From an uncultured delta proteobacterium (GTDB lineage: Bacteria; Myxococcota; Kuafuiibacteriia; Kuafuiibacteriales; Kuafuiibacteriaceae): a DNA stretch of 64,000 bases. The notes beneath the pieces were generated by a model, which was given only the letters and a program-made list of their open reading frames with translations, was not told where the DNA came from and did not search any database. The stretch lies in contig CAWDML010000011.1 in the NCBI GenBank assembly GCA_963803435.1, forward strand, positions 1-64,000, in the 5' to 3' direction. Made by a program: the position numbers and the translations under genes. This document shows positions 23,036 through 31,280 of this stretch, in pieces; position 1 is the stretch's first letter, and every line of letters begins with the position of its first letter.

Positions 23036-23065
23036 TGAGGCATAATTATCGATAATTATGGCTCA
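23036..23065. promoter_or_regulatory. AT-rich 30-bp inverted repeat with a perfect 20-bp palindrome core
   Basis: TGAGg-CATAATTATCGATAATTATG-gCTCA between the OMP stop (23080) and the pilP start (23004). Confidence 0.6.
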
Positions 23066-23079
23066 TTCAGGCCTACATC

Positions 23080-24537
23080 TCAGTACACGAACGTCAGCGT
23101 CAGATCGAAGGTCGTGAAGTTCTCGGCCGTCGACGCCGTGTCGAAGAACGGGAACCGGAGCGAGCCGTTGCTGGAGCCGCTGTAGATGTACGGGCTCTGG
23201 TACGTGGTGATGTCGGCGCCGAGCGTCCAGTTGTCGTTGAACGCGTAGGCGACCGCGACCTCGGCCAGGGTCAGGTTCAACCAGGTGTTGTCCGTGACGT
23301 ACGGCGACTTCGTGACCTCGACGCCCGCCGGATCCTCGCCGTTGTTCTGGGCGAAGTAGCGGACGCTGTAGATCGCCAGCGAGACGCCGACGGTGACCGG
23401 TCCCCAGATGTAGCTGATCCCGAGATCGTTGATGAAGGTGAAGTTCGAGTTGCGCTGGTTGCCGATGCACTCGCCGTTCTTGATGTTGGTGACGCGGCAG
23501 ATCTGCGCCACGGCCGAGCCCTTGTCGAAGTTCACCTGGCGCGCCGAGAAGTCCTTACGGAAGGTGGTGCCCAGCGCCAGCGAGAGATCGCCGGGTCCGA
23601 GCTTCTCGAAGGTGCGGCCGAGGCGCGCGCCCACGCCCCAGCGCAGCCAGCGCTTCGCCGCGATGGTGAGCTTCGAGGTGGGGAGGAAGAACTCGGTGGA
23701 CGCCGAGAGGCTGATGCCCGTGACCGGCTCCTTGTAGAGGCCCGCCTCGGTCACGCCCAGGCGGAGATCGCGGAAGAAGAACTCGTACTGCTTCGTCTGC
23801 CCCACCGCGGAGTCGACCAGCGTGTTCGCCAGAACCTGGTCGGCGGCGAGCCGGATGAATCCGTCGAGGTTTCCGTCGAGCAGCTTGGTGAGGGTGTACT
23901 TGCCGCTGGTGTCGATCGACCAGCCGAACGACGGCGAGCGGGTGTCGCCGTTGGAAGTGAGAAACGCGGCGCCCAGGGACAGGCCGAGGTTCGCAGTCAC
24001 CGACCACGGCTTGCTGGGCGTCTCAGGGTTGGCCTCGGCGCTGATCTGCGGCGCGACCACGCCCTGGTCTCCAGCGGTCGGGGTCAGCCCGCCTGCGGGT
24101 GCCGGCGTTTCGATCGGTGCGGCCTCGGGTGCGGGCGCCGGCTCTGCGGCGGGCGTGGCTTCGGGCGCCGGCGCGTCCGCGGGCTTTGGCTCCGCGACCG
24201 GTGCGGCCTCGTCGGCGGGGGCGGCGTCATCCGCGGGCTTGGCCTCATCGACGGGCGCGGCCTCGTCGGCGGGCTTGGTCTCTTCGACGGGCTTCGCTTC
24301 GTCGGCGGCCTTGTCGGCGTCGGCCGGGGCTTGATCGTCCGGCGTCGCCTCGTCCTTCTTCTCTTCGGCCTTCTTCTTCGCCGCCTCGTCGTCCTTGGCC
24401 GGCGCAGCGGCCTTCTCGTCCTTCTTGGGGGCGTCGACGTTCTCGTTCGCAGGGGGCGTCTGCTGCGCTGAGGCGACGGCGAGCGGACTCACCGTGAAGA
24501 CCGAAACCAACAGCGCGCGGAACCAAATCCCGTTCAT
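23080..24537 (-). CDS. Putative outer-membrane beta-barrel with long Ala/Pro/Glu/Asp-rich N-terminal linker
   Basis: RBS GGAGG, signal peptide MNGIWFRALLVSVFTVSPLAVASAQQ, amphipathic strands, terminal FDLTLTFVY (beta-signal). Confidence 0.75.
   Translation of the reverse strand: MNGIWFRALLVSVFTVSPLAVASAQQTPPANENVDAPKKDEKAAAPAKDDEAAKKKAEEKKDEATPDDQAPADADKAADEAKPVEETKPADEAAPVDEAKPADDAAPADEAAPVAEPKPADAPAPEATPAAEPAPAPEAAPIETPAPAGGLTPTAGDQGVVAPQISAEANPETPSKPWSVTANLGLSLGAAFLTSNGDTRSPSFGWSIDTSGKYTLTKLLDGNLDGFIRLAADQVLANTLVDSAVGQTKQYEFFFRDLRLGVTEAGLYKEPVTGISLSASTEFFLPTSKLTIAAKRWLRWGVGARLGRTFEKLGPGDLSLALGTTFRKDFSARQVNFDKGSAVAQICRVTNIKNGECIGNQRNSNFTFINDLGISYIWGPVTVGVSLAIYSVRYFAQNNGEDPAGVEVTKSPYVTDNTWLNLTLAEVAVAYAFNDNWTLGADITTYQSPYIYSGSSNGSLRFPFFDTASTAENFTTFDLTLTFVY
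24100..24340 (-). repeat. Degenerate 18-nt (6-aa) tandem repeats in the OMP linker
   Basis: ADEAKP-VEETKP-ADEAAP-VDEAKP-ADDAAP-ADEAAP-VAEPKP. Confidence 0.7.
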
Positions 24538-24691
24538 TCCATACCTCCGCTCGAAGCTCTGCTCGAAGCTGGCGCGGGCGTCGGGGCACCGCGCATCCTC
24601 CCGCACGTACTGCCCCCTCCCCACGATGACAACGATCGTTTTTTGACCGGATGAGGGGGTTTTCGTCGCACGGCGAGGTGGGGAAGACGGC

Positions 24692-24707
24692 TGCAGGCGT
24701 CGAGCCA
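24692..24707 (-). promoter_or_regulatory. Candidate sigma54 -24/-12 promoter for the OMP gene
   Basis: TGGCTCGACGCCTGCA on the minus strand vs consensus TGGCACG-N4-TTGCW; ~155 bp upstream of the ATG. Confidence 0.45.
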
Positions 24708-24897
24708 CCGTGACCGTGCGCAATTCCGATAGTGATTCCGCCAAGCTCTCGAATGCACGCGGGTCGGGTGAACCTGTTAGGAACCGAACGCAGTGTCGGC
24801 CCGCTGCCGGCCCCATCCCCCCGTTAACCGATGCTCGCCGCGCCCCGACAACGGCCTTGACGGACCCCTGGCCCGAGGCGAGATGACTCCCACGCCT

Positions 24898-25599
24898 ATG
24901 AACCCGATCGTCGAGCTTCGCAGTGTCACCAAAGAGTACCCCCTGGGCGCGACGGTCGTGAAAGCGCTCCGCGGCATCGATCTCGCCTTCGAGAAGGGCG
25001 AGTTCACCACGGTCGCCGGACCTTCGGGGAGCGGCAAGACGACGCTCCTGAACCTGATCGGATGTATCGATGTCGCCACCAGCGGCGACGTGCGGGTGGC
25101 GGGCTACAGCACCAGCAAGCTCCGCGAGCGCCAGCTGACCGACCTCCGGCTCCACCAGCTCGGCTTCATCTTCCAGAGCTTCAACTTGGTGTCGGTCCTG
25201 AGCCTGCACCAGAACGTCGAGTTCCCCCTCCTCCTCCAGGGCACGCTCACCCGCAAGGAGCGGGACGATCGGGTTCGCGAGATGGTCGACAAGGTCGGCC
25301 TCACCCCGCAGCTCGGGCAGCGGCCGAACGAGCTCTCGGGCGGGCAGCGGCAGCGCGTCGCCATCGCGCGGGCGCTGGTGACCAAGCCGAGCATCGTGCT
25401 GGCCGACGAGCCGACCGCCAACCTCGACTCGGAGACCGGCAACCAGATCATCGAGCTGATGAAGGACCTCAACCGCACCGACCACACCACCTTCATCTTC
25501 TCAACGCACGACCCGAAGGTGATGGAGCGCGCCACGCGCGTGGTCCGCATGCTGGACGGAAAGATCAGCGAGGACGAGGAACGAAGGGTGGTGGCCTGA
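24898..25599 (+). CDS. ABC transporter ATP-binding protein (LolD/MacB-like)
   Basis: GPSGSGKTT, LSGGQRQRVAIARAL, LADEPTANLD, STHD. Confidence 0.95.
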   Translation: MNPIVELRSVTKEYPLGATVVKALRGIDLAFEKGEFTTVAGPSGSGKTTLLNLIGCIDVATSGDVRVAGYSTSKLRERQLTDLRLHQLGFIFQSFNLVSVLSLHQNVEFPLLLQGTLTRKERDDRVREMVDKVGLTPQLGQRPNELSGGQRQRVAIARALVTKPSIVLADEPTANLDSETGNQIIELMKDLNRTDHTTFIFSTHDPKVMERATRVVRMLDGKISEDEERRVVA

Positions 25600-27687
25600 G
25601 TGTTCCTCTTCCGCCCCATCCTCTGGATCCTCGCGTTCCGGAATCTGTTCTCCCACAAGGTCAAGAGCCTGATCGTCGGCTCCATCATGATCTTCGGCAC
25701 CGCCCTGGTGGTGTTCGGGACGTCGTTGCTCGATAGCGTCGAGCGGTCGATGTCCGAGTCGATCACCGCCAGCGTGGCGGGCCATCTGCAGGTCTATTCG
25801 GGCGAGGCCAAGGACGAGCTCTCGCTGTTCGGCGGTGGATACATGGCGGCCGACGACGTGGGACGCATCGATCGCTTCGCCGACGTGAAGACCGCGCTCG
25901 AGGGCGTCGAGAACGTCAAGGCGGTGGTGCCGATGGGCATCGACCTGGCGTCGGCCACCAGCCCGGGCGAGCTGGAGCGTGCGCTCGGCGAGCTCCGCCG
26001 CGCGGTGCGCGAGAAGAACGACCAGCCCATCCCGGCCCTCCAGACGCAGATCACCGAGATTGTGTCGCTGATGAAGCAGGAGATGACGGCGAGCAAGTCC
26101 ATCGCTGAGGACAAGAGCCGTTACGTCACCTCGCTCGAGCTCGTCGATCAGGTGCTTGCCCCCGGCTTCTGGGACGACTTCGCCCAGGATCCCTACGGGA
26201 AGCTGGAGTTCCTCGACACCAAGATCGCGACGCTGACCGAGGACGGCCGGCTCCTCTACTTCCGCTACATCGGGACCGACCTCACGCAGTTCGCCGAGAA
26301 CTTCTCGCGCTTCGAGATCGTGAAGGGCGAGACGGTGCCGCCGAACAAGCGCGGCTTCCTCTTCAACGACAAGTTCTACGAGGAGCTGGTCAAGAACTAC
26401 ACGGCCCGCGGGCTCGACAAGATCCACGTCGAGGTGGCCGAGAAGGGGAAGAAGATCGCCGACGACCCGACGCTGCAGGCGATGGTCCGCCAGACCGCGC
26501 GCCAGTACAAGCGCATCACCTATCAGCTCGATCCGAGCGAGGCCAAAGAGCTCGAGGGCAAGCTACATACGCTCCTCCCTGAGGTGCAAGGTGGATTGAC
26601 GGAGCTGGTGAAGGCGTTCCTGACGGTCGACGACGCCAACCTCGAGGAGCGCTACGCCTTCTTCTACCAGGAGATCGCGCCCAAGATTCAGCTCTACGAC
26701 ATCGACGTCGGCGACACGATCACGCTCAACGCGTTCACGCGGAGCGGCTTCCTCAAGTCGATCAACCTCAAGTTCTACGGGACGTTTCGCTTCCGAGGGC
26801 TCGAGAAATCGGCGCTGGCCGGCGGCCACAGCCTCATGGACATCCTCAGCTTCCGCGAGCTGTACGGGCTAATGACGGAGGCCAAGAAGAAGGAGCTCTC
26901 CGCGATCAAGGAGGAGGTCGGGCTCGAGGACGTCGATCGGGCGAACGCCGAGGACGCGCTCTTCGGAGACTCGACCGAGGTGGTGGGGAAGACGGAGGAC
27001 GTCGGTTTCAACGAGTTCGACGGCGTCACCATGACCGGCGAGCGCGACCGGCTGAAGGCGCTGGTCGAGTCGAGCTACACCAAGGAGGACGTCGAGGGCG
27101 GGCTGGCGCTCAATGCGGCCGTGATCCTCGACGATCCGGTGCGGCTCCAGGAGTCGATCGTGAAGGTGAAGGCCGCGCTCGACGAGGCGGGCCTCAACAT
27201 GAAGGTGGTCGACTGGCAGGCCGCCTCCGGGATCGTCGGCCAGTTCATCATCGTCATCAAGCTGGTGCTCTATATCGCGATCTTCATCATCTTCACGGTG
27301 GCGCTGGTCATCATCAACAACTCGATGGTGATGGCGACGATGGAGCGCGTCACCGAGATCGGAACCATGCGTGCGATCGGCGCGCGCAAGAACCTGGTCC
27401 TGTCGATGTTCCTCCTGGAGACGATCACGCTGGGGTTGATCGCCGGCGCCATCGGCTCCGGGCTGTCAGCGTCGTTCGTGATCTGGCTGGCGCACGCCGG
27501 CATCCCGGCCCCATCGGACGTCACGGTCTTCATGTTCGGCGGGCCGCGGCTCTACCCCGCGATCCACTTCTCGAACGTGGTGGTCGGCCTCATCACCATC
27601 CTGCTGGTCAGCATCGTCTCGACGATGTACCCGGCCTATCTCGCCGCCAAGATCCAGCCGGTGATGGCGATGCGGGCGAAGGAGTAA
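25600..27687 (+). CDS. FtsX/LolE-like ABC permease with enlarged periplasmic domain
   Basis: LAFRNL N-terminus, one TM, ~500-aa periplasmic region, ERVTEIGTMRAIGA, 3 C-terminal TM, AAKIQPVMAM. Confidence 0.9.
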   Translation: MFLFRPILWILAFRNLFSHKVKSLIVGSIMIFGTALVVFGTSLLDSVERSMSESITASVAGHLQVYSGEAKDELSLFGGGYMAADDVGRIDRFADVKTALEGVENVKAVVPMGIDLASATSPGELERALGELRRAVREKNDQPIPALQTQITEIVSLMKQEMTASKSIAEDKSRYVTSLELVDQVLAPGFWDDFAQDPYGKLEFLDTKIATLTEDGRLLYFRYIGTDLTQFAENFSRFEIVKGETVPPNKRGFLFNDKFYEELVKNYTARGLDKIHVEVAEKGKKIADDPTLQAMVRQTARQYKRITYQLDPSEAKELEGKLHTLLPEVQGGLTELVKAFLTVDDANLEERYAFFYQEIAPKIQLYDIDVGDTITLNAFTRSGFLKSINLKFYGTFRFRGLEKSALAGGHSLMDILSFRELYGLMTEAKKKELSAIKEEVGLEDVDRANAEDALFGDSTEVVGKTEDVGFNEFDGVTMTGERDRLKALVESSYTKEDVEGGLALNAAVILDDPVRLQESIVKVKAALDEAGLNMKVVDWQAASGIVGQFIIVIKLVLYIAIFIIFTVALVIINNSMVMATMERVTEIGTMRAIGARKNLVLSMFLLETITLGLIAGAIGSGLSASFVIWLAHAGIPAPSDVTVFMFGGPRLYPAIHFSNVVVGLITILLVSIVSTMYPAYLAAKIQPVMAMRAKE

Positions 27688-27690
27688 GGA

Positions 27691-29040
27691 ATGGGGTGGC
27701 TCATCTTCGTCCGGATCGCCTTCCGCAACCTGGTCCAGGCCCGGAAGCGCACCTTCCTGCTCGGCCTGGCCCTCGCGGTCGTGACCATGCTGTTGATCCT
27801 GCTCCTGTCACTGTCGCAGGGCCTGGCGGACACTATGCTCCGGTCGGCCACCACGCTGATGACGGGGCACGTCAACGTCTCGGGCTGGTTCAAGTCGCGG
27901 CCGACCAGCGCCGGTCCGATCGTCACAAAGAGCCCGGAGCTGCGGAAGCTGGTGGAGGAGAACGTCCCTGGTGTCGACTACGTGATCGATCGATCGCGCG
28001 GCTGGGGACGCGTCATCAGCGATTCGTCGTCGTTGCAGGCCGGTCTGACCGGCATCAACGTCGCGGAGGAGGGCGCGTTCCTGTCGACGATCCGGCTGGC
28101 CCAGGAGTCGGAGTTCGTCGAGGGCGGGCGCGACGAGATCACCGGCGACGTCCAGAAGCTCGCGCAGCCGAACCAGGCGCTGATCTTCGCGGGCCAGGCG
28201 AAGCGGCTCAACGTCCGCCCCGGCGACACCGTCACCGTGATGGTGGAGACGTTCCAGGGCGCCCGCAACACCGCCGAGTTCACCATCGCGGCGGTCGCGA
28301 AGGACGTGGGCTTCATGAGCAACTGGAGCTTCTTCGCCTCCAAGGAGTCGATCTCGAAGCTCTACAACCTCAGCAGTGACACCACCGGCGCGATCCAGGT
28401 CTATCTCAAGGACCACACCAAGGCGAACGAGGTCATGGGTCACCTGCGGACGGTCATCGGGGACGCGGGCTATGAGCTGATGGAGCACGATCCCAAGCCG
28501 TTCTGGATGAAGTTCGAGACGGTGGCCGGCGAGGACTGGACCGGGCAGCGGATCGACCTGACGATCTGGAGCGACGAGGTCTCGTTCCTGCTCTGGGTGC
28601 TCACGGCCGTCGACAGCATCTCGTTCCTGCTGATCGGGATCCTTCTGGTGATCATCGCGATCGGGATCATGAACAGCATGTGGATCGCGGTGCGCGAGCG
28701 GACCTCCGAGATCGGGACGCTGCGGGCGATCGGGATGTCGCGCGGGCGCGTGCTGGTGATGTTCCTGCTCGAGTCCGTGATCCTCGGGATCTTCGCCACG
28801 CTGATCGGAGGTATCGCCGGCATGGGGATCGCGCGGGCGATCGACGCCGCGCACATCGTGGTGCCCTGGTCGGCGGTGCGCGCGATCCTGATGAGCGACG
28901 TGATCCACCTGGTGGTGGGGCCGATGCAGCTGGTCGGGGCCGTGGTCGTGTTCAGCCTGGTCGCGGGGGTGGCGGCGCTCTGGCCGGCCCTGCGCGCCTC
29001 TCGGATGCAGCCCGTCACGGCGATCCATCACGTCGGGTAG
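27691..29040 (+). CDS. FtsX/LolE-like ABC permease
   Basis: IAFRNL, ERTSEIGTLRAIGM, PALRASRMQPVTAI. Confidence 0.92.
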   Translation: MGWLIFVRIAFRNLVQARKRTFLLGLALAVVTMLLILLLSLSQGLADTMLRSATTLMTGHVNVSGWFKSRPTSAGPIVTKSPELRKLVEENVPGVDYVIDRSRGWGRVISDSSSLQAGLTGINVAEEGAFLSTIRLAQESEFVEGGRDEITGDVQKLAQPNQALIFAGQAKRLNVRPGDTVTVMVETFQGARNTAEFTIAAVAKDVGFMSNWSFFASKESISKLYNLSSDTTGAIQVYLKDHTKANEVMGHLRTVIGDAGYELMEHDPKPFWMKFETVAGEDWTGQRIDLTIWSDEVSFLLWVLTAVDSISFLLIGILLVIIAIGIMNSMWIAVRERTSEIGTLRAIGMSRGRVLVMFLLESVILGIFATLIGGIAGMGIARAIDAAHIVVPWSAVRAILMSDVIHLVVGPMQLVGAVVVFSLVAGVAALWPALRASRMQPVTAIHHVG

Positions 29041-29052
29041 TTAGGAGCGAGC

Positions 29053-29826
29053 ATGAAGACAGCAACGTACGCAATCACCGCAGCGCTCTTGCTCTCGCCG
29101 GCGGCGGCCTTCGCGATCTCACAGGAGCAGACCGACGCGATCGTGAAGGAGATCGACGAGCGCCAGCGCAACTCGGGCGACTACAAGGCGCTCTGCTACA
29201 TCGAGCAGAAGGAGCGGGGGAAGAACGACCTCGTCTATCAGGCGGTCTTCTACCGCCGCGACGAGGACGACAAGCTGATGATCCTCTTCCTCAAGCCCAA
29301 GTCGGAGGCCGGCAAGGGCTACCTGCGTCTAGACAAGAACCTGTTCCTCTACGACCCCACCGTCGGCAAGTGGGAGCGGCGGACCGAGCGCGAGCGGATC
29401 CTGGGGACCGACTCCCGGCGAGCCGACTTCGACGAGTCGCGACTCCACGAGGAGTACGACGCCAAGTGGGTCGGTGAGGAGGCGATCAAGAAGTTCAAGG
29501 TGAACCATCTCCACCTCGAGGCGAAGGCCGACGCCGACGTCGCGTACCCCATCCTCGATCTCTGGGTGGACGTGGACACCAACAACGTCCTGAAGCGCGA
29601 GGATCACGCGCTGAGCAAGAAGCTGATGCGGACCACCTATTACCCGAAGTGGAAGAAGGTCTTCTCGGAGTCCAAGAACGCCGACGTGTACTATCCGGAG
29701 GAGATCCACATCTTCGACGAGATCCAGAAGGGGAACAAGACGACCGTCGCGATCACGAAGGTCGATCTCCACTCGCTCTCCGCGAACCTGTTCACCAAGG
29801 CTTGGCTGGAGAGCAAGTCTCGATGA
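29053..29826 (+). CDS. Outer-membrane lipoprotein-sorting (LolA-like) protein
   Basis: Signal peptide; LFLKPKSEAGKGYLRLDKNLFLYDP, ERILGTDSRRADF, NLFTKAWLE. Confidence 0.85.
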   Translation: MKTATYAITAALLLSPAAAFAISQEQTDAIVKEIDERQRNSGDYKALCYIEQKERGKNDLVYQAVFYRRDEDDKLMILFLKPKSEAGKGYLRLDKNLFLYDPTVGKWERRTERERILGTDSRRADFDESRLHEEYDAKWVGEEAIKKFKVNHLHLEAKADADVAYPILDLWVDVDTNNVLKREDHALSKKLMRTTYYPKWKKVFSESKNADVYYPEEIHIFDEIQKGNKTTVAITKVDLHSLSANLFTKAWLESKSR

Positions 29827-31259
29827 GCTTCGGCCTGCTGGGCCTCCTCGTGGCGGCCCAGGTCTCCACCGCCTCCACTTCGACGGGAGCGGAGTCATTC
29901 GACCGGGAGGACGCCATCTTCGGCGACGACACGCCCGAGGCGGTGGTGCCGCCGGCGGACGACGAGAGGCGGGCGGAGTCAATCGTGCCGGGCGTGGAGA
30001 GCCACGAAGGCGTCATCGACGCGCTGGAGGCGCGGCTGGGGGCCACGCAGGACTACCTCGACATCGGCGGGGCGCTCTGGCTCTGGCTCGAGTACGATGC
30101 GCTCGAGCACGGCGATGCCGGCGCCTTCAAGCTGCGCAGCCCGAGCTTCCTCGATCTCTACGCGGACGCGCGGCCGACCGATCGGATCAGGGCCTTCGTG
30201 CAAGGCAGGTTGCGGTACGATTTCACCGTCAAGGCGGGGACGCAGGATCCTCTGACCGGGGTCGAGCAGAAGAAGATCGACGTGCTCCTCGACCAGTTCT
30301 GGATCAAGTTCGACATCTTGCGAACGATCTTTGTCACCGTCGGCAAGGAGCGGATCCGGTGGGGGGTGGGACAGATCTGGCAGCCCACGGACTTCATCAA
30401 CCAGCAGCGGAGAGATCCGATCGCGCTGTTCGATCAGCGGTTGGGCGTTCCGCTCCTGAAGCTGCACCTCCCGATCGAGTCGCTGGGCTGGAACTTCTAC
30501 GCGATCGCGAACCTCGATGAGACGGACCAGATCGCCAAGGTGGGCGGCGCCTTCCGGGCGGAGTTGGTGCTGGGCCCGGCGGAGCTGGGGCTGTCGGCGG
30601 CGGTCAAAAAGGACGCGCCGCAGCGGCTCGGGGCCGACGTCTCCTTCGGGCTCTGGCTCTTCGACCTCCGGGCGGAGGTCGCGGTCTCCCACCGGGTGAC
30701 GACGACGTTCCTCCGCGGCGATCCGGACCTCTCGGACGGTGTCACCATCGAGGATCTGCAGGCGGTGGAGCGGATCGATCGGCGCGGGGACTGGATCCCG
30801 CAGGTGGTCGCTGGCGCGGACATCACCATCCCGTACACGGACCAGGACACGATCACGATCGGCGGGGAGTACTTCTACAACGACGCGGGGATCTCGAACC
30901 CGTCGCTCTATCCCTTCCTCTTCCTGGAGGGCACGTACATGCCGTTCTACGTGGGCCGGCACTACGCCGCGCTGTTCGTGCTGTTGAACGCGCCGGGCGA
31001 CTGGAACAACACCAACTTCAGCCTGAGCGCGATCGGGAACCTCTCCGATCGCTCGTTCGTCACACGGTTCGAGTACCAGCTGTTGTTCCTCACCTATCTG
31101 TCGTTTCGGGCTTACGTGAACGTCCACTTCGGAAAGGAGGGGGAGCTGCACCTCGGCTACGACATCCCTCCCGGCGGCACGGTCCCAGGGCTCGAGAACG
31201 GGTTCCGGTTGGTCCCGCCGCTCCTGGACGTGGGCGCGGCGCTGGTCGTTCAGCTCTAG
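29823..31259 (+). CDS. Putative outer-membrane beta-barrel partner of the ABC/LolA-like cluster
   Basis: Signal peptide, FVTVGKERIRWGVGQIWQPTDF, GGEYFYN, amphipathic strands; ATGA overlap with the upstream gene. Confidence 0.75.
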   Translation: MSFGLLGLLVAAQVSTASTSTGAESFDREDAIFGDDTPEAVVPPADDERRAESIVPGVESHEGVIDALEARLGATQDYLDIGGALWLWLEYDALEHGDAGAFKLRSPSFLDLYADARPTDRIRAFVQGRLRYDFTVKAGTQDPLTGVEQKKIDVLLDQFWIKFDILRTIFVTVGKERIRWGVGQIWQPTDFINQQRRDPIALFDQRLGVPLLKLHLPIESLGWNFYAIANLDETDQIAKVGGAFRAELVLGPAELGLSAAVKKDAPQRLGADVSFGLWLFDLRAEVAVSHRVTTTFLRGDPDLSDGVTIEDLQAVERIDRRGDWIPQVVAGADITIPYTDQDTITIGGEYFYNDAGISNPSLYPFLFLEGTYMPFYVGRHYAALFVLLNAPGDWNNTNFSLSAIGNLSDRSFVTRFEYQLLFLTYLSFRAYVNVHFGKEGELHLGYDIPPGGTVPGLENGFRLVPPLLDVGAALVVQL

Positions 31260-31280
31260 CTCGTGTTAAGGCGGCGGCCG

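Noticed and set aside
23035-23066. Canonical chromosomal dif site
   Set aside because: The spacer is 10 bp rather than 6 and the XerD arm lacks TTAAAT; kept only as an unexplained palindrome
24100-24340. CRISPR-like or REP array
   Set aside because: Degenerate in-frame 18-nt coding repeats without unique spacers; no cas genes in the window
24538-25485. 801-aa version of the OMP ORF starting at 25485
   Set aside because: The extension is antisense to the ABC ATPase; the RBS and signal peptide place the start at 24537
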